In this document: positions 35,230-44,074 of the stretch, in pieces
Layout of the letters: each line of letters starts with the position of its first letter
How positions within the stretch are numbered: position 1 is the first letter of the stretch
DNA from: Flavobacteriales bacterium
GTDB lineage: Bacteria > Bacteroidota > Bacteroidia > Flavobacteriales > UBA7430
Length of the DNA stretch: 64,000 nt
Direction: 5' to 3'
Assembly: GCA_028110365.1 (NCBI GenBank)
Contig: JAOGVT010000004.1
Location: 4,926-68,925, forward strand
The notes under the pieces: generated by a model
Told to the model about the DNA's origin: nothing
The model's input: the letters and a program-made list of their open reading frames with translations, nothing else
Databases searched by the model: none
Position numbers and translations under genes: made by a program

Positions 35230-35574
35230 ATGCAAAAATCAAAAAAAATTGGCAAGTTAGTACTTGCATTATCAAAGGTCCAAGCACAATTAGGTCAGAA
35301 TGCTAATGTCGTTTTAAGTAATAACCGAATTGAACAAGAATTGCAAGATCTTTGGAGTTCTACAAGAGATTTATTAGCTCAAAATGAGTTGGCAGTCATT
35401 CAAATGCCTACAGATGTTGCTGGATTAACTACTGTTTTGGCTCATTCAAGTGGAGAGTATTTGGCTTCGACTTGTTATATACCTGCAAAAGAAGATGCTG
35501 AAGATGTTAAGCATGCAGTTAACTATGCAAGAATCATTGCTTTAGCATCTTTTATCGGTTTGGTTGTCGATTAA
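35230..35574 (+). CDS. ERF-family ssDNA-annealing protein-like fragment (track ORF starts at 35101 inside the pseudogene)
   Basis: DLLAQNELAVIQMP...LTTVLAHSSGEYLAS...VNYARIIALASFIGLVVD follows the ERF core pattern (..GL...Q....v.t.l.H.SGE......YARRYaL...lGi..D). It is short and probably truncated. Confidence 0.35.
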   Translation: MQKSKKIGKLVLALSKVQAQLGQNANVVLSNNRIEQELQDLWSSTRDLLAQNELAVIQMPTDVAGLTTVLAHSSGEYLASTCYIPAKEDAEDVKHAVNYARIIALASFIGLVVD

Positions 35575-36017
35575 TATTAGGTCTAAGCCGATAATAATCT
35601 AATCAAGTATCTAAGCTGAAAATTAGTAAAACAGTTTATTATTTAGGCTTATTTTAATGTACTTACTAGTTTTCTGAAATTTAGATTAAATTGTGAATAG
35701 CATTATATTTCCCTAAATACAGAAGATGAATTAGTTATAGATATTACTAATTTGATTGTTAATTAGCTTTCACATCCCATCAAAAGTATAAAACTAGCCT
35801 AAACTTATACCAACTTATATCAAACCCCATTATAGGTCATTACTTTATATCAACAGAGTATAAAATAGCATAAAGTTGTAGGGCAATTTATACTATAAAA
35901 CATATAAAGTTATTTTTAAAAACAACCAGTTCATCTAGACTGGGTTCGTATTATTCGCGCTATTTAAACTCTTAATTATTTAATGCTAACTCAAATCGGT
36001 AGAATTTATATTCGGAG

Positions 36018-36284
36018 TTAAAACTCTTTCCCTTCTTCCATCATCTGATCTATATCAGATAGCTTATAATAATAAGTTCCTTGAATCAGACTGCAAGGAA
36101 GAATCCCTTCTGTTCGAAGTCTAAATAAAGTAGCTGGGGAGCAAGACAACATCTCTGACACCTCAGAAGACTTTACCCACTTTCGTTCTACTTCTTTGTT
36201 GTTGAACTCTTGTAGGTGCTGATCTATTTTTTCGATCAGTTGCTCTTCCATTTCGACAAATAATTGAATCAATGAATTTCTCAT
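36018..36284 (-). CDS. excisionase/MerR-type HTH DNA-binding protein
   Basis: KWVKSSEVSEMLSCSPATLFRLRTEGILPCSLIQGTYYYKLSDIDQMM. Confidence 0.65.
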   Translation of the reverse strand: MRNSLIQLFVEMEEQLIEKIDQHLQEFNNKEVERKWVKSSEVSEMLSCSPATLFRLRTEGILPCSLIQGTYYYKLSDIDQMMEEGKEF

Positions 36285-36365
36285 AGTTAGATTTTTAAAA
36301 TTAATAAATCCAAAGGTTCAATTATCATGTCAATATACCTGTCAAGTATTCAAACTTGACAAGTA

Positions 36366-37001
36366 TTAAATATAAAAATCTTTGTCTAGCGAGAGCCTTC
36401 TTCTAACATCAATAAGGGTTTGCTCTGTATTTCTATCAGATCTCCTGATCTTAGAAATTAATGATTCAGCACTTTTAATCTTTTCTTTTCCATTGCATCT
36501 AAAGTGTTTTTTTATAATTCTTGCTAGTTGGCTTTTAGATTCCACATTGAAAAGACCATTTTCGATTAGTTGGAGTAGGGTAGTAATAACATGTGTGGCT
36601 GAGTGATTTGAACAGATAGCATATGCATCATCAATATTTTCAAAATTATCTTGCTCTAACTCTTTACATTCTTCAAGAAAAACAAGGTATTTATTAATAG
36701 CGAAGAACCGCTCTCTTTGTAGTTTCTTTTTTTCGCCCCATTTTATGATTTCCAGGCATTGGTCTGTTTCTTTTTCTATAAAATTTATTACTTCTGCTTC
36801 TGGATATTCTTTTAAATACTCTTGTTCTCTTTGCTCATAACTATCAATCATGCTTTTTGAACTTTTATCCAGAGTATCATTCATTTCTTTATCCCTTTGC
36901 TCTTGTAATTTTTCAATAAAATTATTTTGGATTTCTCCCCTCTCTTTTATTTTCTTCAACCTTTCTTTATGGGAAGGGCTTAAAAAGTCGTCTAAATTCA
37001 T
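36366..37001 (-). CDS. hypothetical 211-aa mobile-element protein (RteC-like tail? tentative)
   Basis: Sits between the xis-like and int genes. The C-terminal QLARIIKKHFR...ISKIRRSDRNTEQTLIDVRRRL is vaguely RteC-like. Confidence 0.3.
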   Translation of the reverse strand: MNLDDFLSPSHKERLKKIKERGEIQNNFIEKLQEQRDKEMNDTLDKSSKSMIDSYEQREQEYLKEYPEAEVINFIEKETDQCLEIIKWGEKKKLQRERFFAINKYLVFLEECKELEQDNFENIDDAYAICSNHSATHVITTLLQLIENGLFNVESKSQLARIIKKHFRCNGKEKIKSAESLISKIRRSDRNTEQTLIDVRRRLSLDKDFYI

Positions 37002-37074
37002 AATATCTGTATTGTTTGTTATAAAGTTAAGTACTTATTTGTGCAATTTAATGAAACAATTTTTTTCGGGCTAT

Positions 37075-38274
37075 TTACCTGTAAATACTCTTTAAGGCTT
37101 GCATTTCATCTTGCACCCTTGTGTTTACTAATTTGGCATAATGCTGAGTATGTTTTACACTTTTGTGACCTAGCATTTTACTAACCACCTCAAGTGATAC
37201 TCCCTTGGCAAGGGTAATTGTTGTTGCAAAGGTATGACGTGCTATATGGAAGGTTAGTGTTTTTTTAATTCCTGCGGCATTAGCAATTGACTTAAGATGA
37301 CGATTAACTTTCTGATTACTGAGCATCGGTATAACCATTTGCCCTAGTTCTACTCGCGGGTCATCTTTGTACTTCTTGATGATTCTTTTTGCCGGCTCTA
37401 GTAGCATTATACTAGACCTAACTTTTGATTTTTGCCGGTATATTTTAATCCACAGTTCTCCATTGTCAAAATAGATATTGTCTTGTTTCATTCGCTTAAG
37501 GTCTACATATGCAAGACCTGTGTAACATGCTATAATAAAAGCATCTCTGTTTTCACTGAGTCTTTTATTTAGTTTCAGGTTTTGTATTCTGTAGATCTCA
37601 TCATCAGTAAGAAACTCCCTTTCTACTATTTCTAGTTTAAACCTGTATTCTGCAAATGGGTTAATTAATATATATCCCTTGGCTAGGGCTATTTTTATTA
37701 TTTTTTTAAACGACTGCATGTACTTCACAGCAGTGTTGTTTGAGAGACCATTTATTCTAAGGAAGTGATCTAGCTCTATGATAAAATCATAATTTATTTT
37801 CCTTACGTCATAATCTTCACAATTGTATTTGTGCTTTACAAATTTGAGTACATATCTAAAACAACTATCAAATTTCTCCATCGATCGTGGGGCTCTTTGA
37901 TTTACTTGAACAAGCTCTTTAAACTGCTTTTGGTGGTAATTAAATAATTCTACTACACCTATGTAATTTGTATCTATTCCTCTGTGGTAATTAAATATAT
38001 CATGAACACTGTATCCTGCTTTGTACTTTAAACACTGTAGCTCACTATCGTATAGACTGTGTTCAATGCTTTTCATATAGTCGTAGAGTCGTTTGAGTTC
38101 TAGATAAGAGGTTTTAGGATACTGCTTTTTGTCATCCCACTTTTCCATCTCAATCCATTTAAATATGCTAAAGTCCTTTCTTTTGCCATTCATTTGTAAA
38201 CGGCAATAGATAGGAACCTTCCCTTGATTGTTTTTCTTTCTTCTTATGAAGTAGTACACTTTTAGGTAGCCCAT
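37075..38274 (-). CDS. tyrosine recombinase / integrase (Bacteroidetes type); track ORF extends to 38427, but the ATG at 38274 fits the family N-terminus
   Basis: N-terminal arm-binding-type start MGYLKVYYFIRRKKNNQGKVPIYCRLQMNGKR. Catalytic HIARHTFATT and LGHKSVKHTQHYAK. Confidence 0.85.
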   Translation of the reverse strand: MGYLKVYYFIRRKKNNQGKVPIYCRLQMNGKRKDFSIFKWIEMEKWDDKKQYPKTSYLELKRLYDYMKSIEHSLYDSELQCLKYKAGYSVHDIFNYHRGIDTNYIGVVELFNYHQKQFKELVQVNQRAPRSMEKFDSCFRYVLKFVKHKYNCEDYDVRKINYDFIIELDHFLRINGLSNNTAVKYMQSFKKIIKIALAKGYILINPFAEYRFKLEIVEREFLTDDEIYRIQNLKLNKRLSENRDAFIIACYTGLAYVDLKRMKQDNIYFDNGELWIKIYRQKSKVRSSIMLLEPAKRIIKKYKDDPRVELGQMVIPMLSNQKVNRHLKSIANAAGIKKTLTFHIARHTFATTITLAKGVSLEVVSKMLGHKSVKHTQHYAKLVNTRVQDEMQALKSIYR

Positions 38275-38506
38275 AGCATTATGTTTAGCATAAATTTGAG
38301 AACTAATAACCAGGTGAGGTGTCAAGTTTCTATACTTGACACGAAAAAAGTGTTGAGATGAATTGGGATTTTGTCTAAAAAAAAGACAAACACCAGTTAT
38401 ACACTGAGATATGCAAAAAAAGGCCATTTTTGAAAAATTGCCTTTTAGTGAAACGTCTGAAAATCAATGATTTGAAAAAATTGATACCCTTTGAAAAGGG
38501 CTTTTG

Positions 38507-38591
38507 CAGAGAGGAAGGGATTCGAACCCCCGATACATTGCTGTATACACGCTTTCCAAGCGTGCGCCTTAAGCCACTCGGCCACCTCTCT
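38507..38591 (-). tRNA. tRNA-Ser (anticodon GGA), 85 nt, long variable arm
   Basis: Hand-folded. Acceptor AGAGAGG/CCTCTCT, D arm GCC..GGC with GAGTGGCTTAA loop, anticodon stem CACGC/GCGTG with loop TTGGAAA, variable arm ATACA-gcaa-TGTAT, and T loop TTCGAAT. No CCA is encoded. Confidence 0.85.
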
Positions 38592-38635
38592 AAATTTCTG
38601 CTAAAATATACTTTTTTTCTAGAACGACACTTTAT

Positions 38636-39283
38636 TTACGCTGCTTTTGCTTGCGTAAGTTTGCAAAACAAAGTGGCTAGTAGCATTCCTACAATTGGCG
38701 CAGCACTGTAAAGACTTAAATACTGCAGTTCTCCAGAGAATAGTGCTGGCCCAATAGAGCGAGCCGGATTCATGGAAGCGCCCGTAATGGGTCCGGCAAA
38801 AAGAGCCTCCAAAGCCACCACACCTCCAATGGCAATACCTGCCATTTTACCGGTTTCTTTAGAACCTTCAGAAACGTTAACAATCACAAACATTAAAATA
38901 AAACTCAACAATACCTCTATAACAAAGGCTTGGCTGTAAGAGTTTAAAGGCAGAGTAGCGCCTTGTGTGGCATGCTCCGGAAATAAACAATACAGAACGG
39001 TAGAGGCCAGTACAGCGCCTGTAATTTGTGCTGCTACGTAGGGAAATACGTCTTTTTTATCGAATGTACCCGAAGCCCAAAAAGCAATGGTAACGGCAGG
39101 GTTAATATGAGCGCCCGATTGCGCTCCAATGGAATAAATCATGGCCATAACAATTAGGCCAAAAGTTAAGGCAATACCCACATGTGTTACAGCTCCACCA
39201 CTGGCATCGTTCATAACAATAGCTCCGGCACCGCAAAACACCAGCGCAAAAGTTCCAAAGAGTTCTAAAAAATAACGTTTCAT
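38636..39283 (-). CDS. aqpZ: MIP-family aquaporin
   Basis: Two NPA boxes (HINPAVT and SMNPARS) and six hydrophobic helices. Confidence 0.8.
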   Translation of the reverse strand: MKRYFLELFGTFALVFCGAGAIVMNDASGGAVTHVGIALTFGLIVMAMIYSIGAQSGAHINPAVTIAFWASGTFDKKDVFPYVAAQITGAVLASTVLYCLFPEHATQGATLPLNSYSQAFVIEVLLSFILMFVIVNVSEGSKETGKMAGIAIGGVVALEALFAGPITGASMNPARSIGPALFSGELQYLSLYSAAPIVGMLLATLFCKLTQAKAA

Positions 39284-39440
39284 AAATCAGTTCCTTAAGC
39301 GTGTAAAAATACTAAATTTAAGGCATTGACCTTAAAAATTACACGGCATTAAAATGCCCTGTTTTACGCTTTTACTTCGTCTTACTTTAGCCCGTGTTCT
39401 TTTAGAAATAAAAAAACCAAAAAATTCTTACATTGTACCC

Positions 39441-40106
39441 ATGAATAAAAGTGAGCTTTTAAAGGAATTGCACGAATTTTTAAATCCATCGCGGATCCAA
39501 CGCTTTGAAGAAGTGTTGGTCAACAGAACGAGGCATTTTACGGTGGCTGTAGAAAATATTTTTCAATCGCACAACGCCAGTGCGGTACTGCGTACCTGCG
39601 ATTGTTTTGGACTGCAAGACCTGCATGTAATTGCCAACGAAAACAAATACAATCTTTCCAAAGACGTAGCCATGGGTGCCGAAAAATGGGTAGATCTGCA
39701 CAGTTATTACCAGAAGGAAAACAATACCCAAGACTGTATAGATGCACTGCGCAAGCAAGGCTACCAAATAGTAGCCACCACTCCTCACAGTAATGATGTA
39801 ATGCTTCCGGATTTTGACGTAAATCAGAAATCCGCTTTCTTTTTTGGAACAGAAATAAGCGGACTCTCGGATTTGGTGCTCGAGCAGGCAGACTCCTATG
39901 TGCGCATACCCATGTATGGATTTACCGAAAGCTACAATATTTCTGTTTCGGCTGCTTTGGTTTTACACGATGTGGTTACTCGGCTTAAAAAATCTGAAGT
40001 AAACTGGATGTTATCCGAGGGAGAGTTGCAAGACAAAAGAATTGATTGGGCCGTAAAATCGCTCAAAAGTGGCCCGCAAATACTCAAGCAGCTTTTAAGT
40101 AAATAA
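39441..40106 (+). CDS. trmH: SpoU/TrmH-family tRNA (Gm18) 2'-O-methyltransferase (track ORF starts at 39354)
   Basis: RIQRFEEVLVNRTRHFTVAVENIFQSHNASAVLRTCDCFG plus C-terminal IPMYGFTESYNISVSAAL. Confidence 0.7.
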   Translation: MNKSELLKELHEFLNPSRIQRFEEVLVNRTRHFTVAVENIFQSHNASAVLRTCDCFGLQDLHVIANENKYNLSKDVAMGAEKWVDLHSYYQKENNTQDCIDALRKQGYQIVATTPHSNDVMLPDFDVNQKSAFFFGTEISGLSDLVLEQADSYVRIPMYGFTESYNISVSAALVLHDVVTRLKKSEVNWMLSEGELQDKRIDWAVKSLKSGPQILKQLLSK

Positions 40107-40112
40107 CCTCGT

Positions 40113-40799
40113 ATGACTCTTGAAATTTGTTACCAAGATGACTACTTGATTGCTGTTAATAAGCCTTGTAATATGCTGGTACATCGCTCTTACATGGCTC
40201 GTAATATGGATGCCGAAGCTACCTTATTAGACTTGCTAGAGGCGCAGCTTACTCAAAAGCTGTATCCATTACATCGCCTAGATCGCAAAACCTCAGGTGT
40301 GCTTTTATTGGCTAAAAATCGCCACGAGGTAGCTGTTTTTCAAAGCCTGTTTGTGCAAAATAAAATACAGAAAACCTATCATGCCATCGTTCGTGGGCAT
40401 GCGCCTGAGTCTGGAGTAATCGATTCTCCGGTTAAAGGAAGAGATGCCAATGCATACAAAGAAGCCTGTACGGTTTATAAAAAATTAAAAGAGATTACGT
40501 TGCCTATTCCTGTGCATCCCTATCAAAACGCACGCTACAGTTTGCTGGAGTTAAAACCAACAACAGGTCGTTTGCATCAACTCAGGATTCATTTGAATAA
40601 AATAAGCCATCCCATCGTAGGCGACCCTAAATACGGTGATCGTTTTCACAACCGCATGTTTGCTTCAGATTTTAAAACACCTCAATTGTTTTTACATGCA
40701 CTAAGTCTTGAGTTTATCCATCCAATTACCAAGGGGCTTGTTGTTGTTAAGGCTTCTTTTCCTTCACATTATACGATTCTTCTTAACTTATTTAATTGA
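40113..40799 (+). CDS. truC: RluA-family pseudouridine synthase, TruC-like
   Basis: ICYQDDYLIAVNKP..LVHRS, catalytic HRLDRKTSGVLLLAK, KTYHAIVRG and GRLHQLRIHL. Confidence 0.7.
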   Translation: MTLEICYQDDYLIAVNKPCNMLVHRSYMARNMDAEATLLDLLEAQLTQKLYPLHRLDRKTSGVLLLAKNRHEVAVFQSLFVQNKIQKTYHAIVRGHAPESGVIDSPVKGRDANAYKEACTVYKKLKEITLPIPVHPYQNARYSLLELKPTTGRLHQLRIHLNKISHPIVGDPKYGDRFHNRMFASDFKTPQLFLHALSLEFIHPITKGLVVVKASFPSHYTILLNLFN

Positions 40800-40907
40800 T
40801 CATAATTTTACCGAATCGATTGTATATATTAATTGTTAATGTTTTCAAAATAGGTGCTTTGGCATAACTATTGCTAATATTTTTGCATAACTTTTTTACC
40901 AATTATC

Positions 40908-42557
40908 ATGAAAAAAACTATACTTTTATTTTCTTTAGTGTTGAGCCAATTGGCCTTTGCACAATTTCCTGGCTCAGAAAACATTATGTATGTTGAGTGC
41001 AATGGTGACTCTATTGCAGTTGATATTACTGATTTTCAAAATTTGCCCATAGAAATTCTTGCCAACCTTTTTGATTGTGATAATCAAGATGATTGGGCCT
41101 GGGACAACGATGATTGGGATCCAACTGATCCAGGAATTGATAGTCCAGGTATGGGTTGGGACGATTCAACTGATGTTGAGAACTCCGTAATCGAAATTTT
41201 ATGCAGCAATGGAGAAACTGTTGAAGTTAATTTATTTGAGATGGTAAATATGCCAACAGAAGAATTCATCTATTCCATCTGTGGAGAAGAGGGTATTGAC
41301 GAAGATTGGAATGGGCCTGGTTGGGACGACGACTTTTGGGATTTTGACTCAACAGATGTAGACAATCCTTGGGGAGATGAAGAAGATATACAAGCGCTTT
41401 TAGCCGAATTGGAAATGGCATGTGCTTCTGGAGATTGGATGGCTTGTGGAGCATTAGAATTGTATACAGAATGCACGAATGGGAATACAGAAGCTTGTGA
41501 AGAGCTCATTGGTATTTACGAAGCGAATGAAGAAGAGGACGATGATGACGACAACGAATGGCCTTGGGACAATGATGATTGGGACGATTCAACGGATGTA
41601 GAAAACTCCGTAATCGAAATATTATGCAGCAATGGTGAAATGGTTGAAGTTAATTTATTTGAGATAATAAATATCCCAACAGAAGAATTCATCTATTCCA
41701 TCTGTGGAGAAGAAGGTATTGACGAAGATTGGAATGGACCTGGTTGGAACGACGATTTTTGGGATTTTGACTCAACAGATGTGAACAATCCTTGGGAAGA
41801 TGATGAAGATACTCAAGAGCTTTTGGCCGAATTGGAAATGGCATGTGCTTCTGGAGATTGGATGGCTTGTGGAGCTCTAGAATTGTTTGCAGAATGTACA
41901 AATGGAAATTCTGAAGCATGTGAAGAGCTCATTGGTATTTACGAAGCGAATGAAGAAGACGATGACGACGACAACGAATGGCCATGGGACAACGACGGTT
42001 GGGACGATTCAACTGATTTTGACTGTCCTTGGGAAGATGGTTTCCCAGGTTCTGAAAATAACGAAGGATTTGATTCAGCTATATTTGACAACATGATGTC
42101 GCTTTTTGTTAGCATGGATATGGAAGAAGATCAGATGGTTCTTATTTTGGAACAATCTGATGTATTGATTTCTATTATCGATGCAAGTGGTTTTGAATTT
42201 ACACCTACTTTAGTTGACGGTTACCTTGTGTTTGGTCCATTTAACATTGAAGACCTTTACTCCATATTTACGGGCGATATGGATGGCAATGGAATTGGCT
42301 GGGGTTTACTTCGTCCTTCAGGAGCAGAAGTAGTTGCCGACGGTGTTATGAGTGGACCTTCAGAATTATTAAACGGAATGTTTACCATAAGTGCTTCGCT
42401 TTCATTAGAAGAACAATCAACACCTCTTGAAGTATACAATACTACATACTTTAATCTATTAGGTGAAGAAGTTAAAACGCTTGACAAGGGTTTGTTTATT
42501 AAAGTAATGCAAACCAATAAAGGACAAGTTGCTGAAAAGGTTTATTTTAGAGATTGA
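40908..42557 (+). CDS. secreted, highly acidic repeat protein with T9SS C-terminal sorting domain
   Basis: Signal peptide MKKTILLFSLVLSQLAFAQ, two ~140-aa tandem repeats, and a C-terminal tail YNTTYFNLLGEEVKTLDKGLFIKVMQTNKGQVAEKVYF typical of Por/T9SS CTDs. Confidence 0.7.
   Translation: MKKTILLFSLVLSQLAFAQFPGSENIMYVECNGDSIAVDITDFQNLPIEILANLFDCDNQDDWAWDNDDWDPTDPGIDSPGMGWDDSTDVENSVIEILCSNGETVEVNLFEMVNMPTEEFIYSICGEEGIDEDWNGPGWDDDFWDFDSTDVDNPWGDEEDIQALLAELEMACASGDWMACGALELYTECTNGNTEACEELIGIYEANEEEDDDDDNEWPWDNDDWDDSTDVENSVIEILCSNGEMVEVNLFEIINIPTEEFIYSICGEEGIDEDWNGPGWNDDFWDFDSTDVNNPWEDDEDTQELLAELEMACASGDWMACGALELFAECTNGNSEACEELIGIYEANEEDDDDDNEWPWDNDGWDDSTDFDCPWEDGFPGSENNEGFDSAIFDNMMSLFVSMDMEEDQMVLILEQSDVLISIIDASGFEFTPTLVDGYLVFGPFNIEDLYSIFTGDMDGNGIGWGLLRPSGAEVVADGVMSGPSELLNGMFTISASLSLEEQSTPLEVYNTTYFNLLGEEVKTLDKGLFIKVMQTNKGQVAEKVYFRD
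41160..42040 (+). repeat. in-frame tandem repeat, period 423 then 420 nt, plus a partial third unit
   Basis: The anchor gacgattcaac recurs at 41160, 41583 and 42003. The units are nearly identical by eye. Confidence 0.9.
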
Positions 42558-42583
42558 TGCTGGTTTAAAATTATAAACAAAAA

Positions 42584-42615
42584 AGCCATCCCACACAGCG
42601 GGATGGCTTTTTTTA
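42584..42615 (+). terminator. rho-independent terminator
   Basis: AGCCATCCC-acacagc-GGGATGGCT followed by TTTTTTT. Confidence 0.8.
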
Positions 42616-42649
42616 TTGTGTGACTTTTTAGATTCATTAAACTTGCTTC

Positions 42650-44071
42650 GTGATTTTTAGTAGTAACCTATTTCTTTTATACTTTTTGCCAATTTTTTTA
42701 TTGGTCTATTATTTTGTTGGTACAAAATTTAAAAACTTCGTCATTTTAGGAGCAAGTATTTTCTTTTACAGCTGGGGAGCTCCTAAATTCATTTTTGTAA
42801 TTCTAGCATCTACTATCATTGATTTTTACATTGTAAAAAGGCTCTATTTGAGTCAGTCAATTACTCAGAAAAGGCTTTTGTTGGCATCATCCGTATTTAT
42901 CAATTTAGGATTGCTGCTTTACTTCAAGTATGCTAACTTTTTTGTAGCTAATCTAAATGTTTCGCTCGAAATACTTGGTTTTAGTCAAGTAAAATGGACA
43001 GCCATTGCTTTGCCAATAGGTATTTCTTTTTACACGTTCCAAACGTTAACGTATTCTATCGATGTTTACCGAAAAGTTCATACACCTCTTGAAAAAGTAA
43101 GCGATTATTTACTCTATATTATGTCTTTTCCTCAGATGATAGCAGGACCGATTGTTCGATTCAACTCCATTGCAGATCAGATTACTCAAAGAAGAGAATC
43201 CATAGATGACAAACTAATTGGTTTTTATCGTTTTTCAATTGGTTTAGCTAAAAAAGTGTTGATTGCTAATGTTATGGCGGAGCAAGCTGACCTTATCTTT
43301 AATAGCAATTTGTCTCAATTAAATCCTGGGAGTGCATGGTTGGGTATGTTAGCCTATACGTTTCAAATTTATTTTGATTTCTCGGGCTATTCAGATATGG
43401 CTATTGGTTTGGGTAGAATGATGGGCTTTAGGTTTCCTGAAAATTTTGATTCTCCTTACATATCTCAGAGTATAAGTGAGTTTTGGAGGAGGTGGCATAT
43501 TACCCTAGGTAGTTTTATGAGAGATTATTTATATATACCCTTAGGTGGTAATAGAGTAGCTTCAAAGTATCGCCTCTTTTTTAATCTGTGGGTTGTTTTT
43601 CTTTTGTCAGGTTTATGGCACGGCGCTTCTTGGAATTTTCTGATTTGGGGAGCTTATCATGGTTTTTTTCTGATTTTAGACCGCCTATTTCTCCTAAAAA
43701 TCTTAAATCGAATGGGGCAAATACCCTCAATCATCATAACTTTTTTACTCGTAATGGTTGGTTGGGTTGTCTTTAGATTGGAACGTGTTGCCAAAATAAA
43801 AATCTATTTATCTAAATTATTCTCGCTTAATTCTTCAATAGAGTTTGAAACTATTCCTGCTTTTGGACTCATTTCTATCTTAGCTGTTATATTCTCATTC
43901 TTGGTAATTTTTAAACAAGGGAAAAAATTAGAGAAATTCGTATTTTATACAGAACACTATTCATTAAAATACCATTTCATTTTTACCATTTTATCCATTC
44001 TGTTATTGATGCTATCAATTAGCTCAATCAGCTCTTCTGACTTTAATCCATTTATTTATTTTAGGTTTTAA
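42650..44071 (+). CDS. MBOAT-family O-acyltransferase (AlgI/DltB-like)
   Basis: MIFSSNLFLLYFLP start, ISFYTFQTLTYSIDVY, FWRRWHITLGSFMRDYLYIPLGGNR and WHGASWNF. Confidence 0.85.
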   Translation: MIFSSNLFLLYFLPIFLLVYYFVGTKFKNFVILGASIFFYSWGAPKFIFVILASTIIDFYIVKRLYLSQSITQKRLLLASSVFINLGLLLYFKYANFFVANLNVSLEILGFSQVKWTAIALPIGISFYTFQTLTYSIDVYRKVHTPLEKVSDYLLYIMSFPQMIAGPIVRFNSIADQITQRRESIDDKLIGFYRFSIGLAKKVLIANVMAEQADLIFNSNLSQLNPGSAWLGMLAYTFQIYFDFSGYSDMAIGLGRMMGFRFPENFDSPYISQSISEFWRRWHITLGSFMRDYLYIPLGGNRVASKYRLFFNLWVVFLLSGLWHGASWNFLIWGAYHGFFLILDRLFLLKILNRMGQIPSIIITFLLVMVGWVVFRLERVAKIKIYLSKLFSLNSSIEFETIPAFGLISILAVIFSFLVIFKQGKKLEKFVFYTEHYSLKYHFIFTILSILLLMLSISSISSSDFNPFIYFRF

Positions 44072-44074
44072 TAC

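Larger units (their letters stand above)
1..38506. mobile_element. AT-rich genomic (defence) island integrated at the 3' end of tRNA-Ser; left border outside the window; possibly a composite of several elements
   Basis: Integrase and excisionase-type HTH at 36.0-38.3 kb directly face the tRNA 3' end. Base composition and gene content shift abruptly at 38.5 kb, from defence and hypothetical genes to housekeeping genes. No copy of the tRNA 3' half was found inside the window. Confidence 0.6.

Noticed and set aside
35575-36017. tRNA-like or att remnant in the 440-bp non-coding gap (for example gactgggttcgtattattcgcgc)
   Set aside because: The GGGTTCG word resembles a T-arm, but no matching stem and no similarity to the tRNA-Ser 3' half could be found around it.
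37075-38427. Full 450-aa reading of the integrase ORF with a 51-aa N-terminal extension
   Set aside because: The extension (MAFFCISQCITGVCLFF...) is hydrophobic, low-complexity sequence. The family-typical N-terminus begins at the internal Met (ATG at 38274).
38430-38711. 93-aa plus-strand ORF spanning the integrase/aquaporin gap
   Set aside because: It runs antisense straight through the tRNA-Ser gene (38507-38591) and into the aquaporin gene. It has no motifs and is almost certainly spurious.
39480-39793. Alternative-frame and antisense ORFs within trmH, plus comparable ones within the M1 peptidase (46321-47266), the regulator (47465-47728), the sigma-54 regulator, ribBA, the GT4 genes and the ABC permease
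   Set aside because: Each is nested in a gene with strong family motifs, and none has features of its own.
41084-42517. Several 61-86-aa ORFs antisense or out of frame inside the acidic T9SS protein gene (41084-41269, 41266-41509, 41689-41919, 41887-42096, 42257-42517)
   Set aside because: They are low-complexity translations produced by the GA-rich repeat on the opposite strand or in alternative frames. They are duplicated only because the underlying DNA repeat is duplicated.
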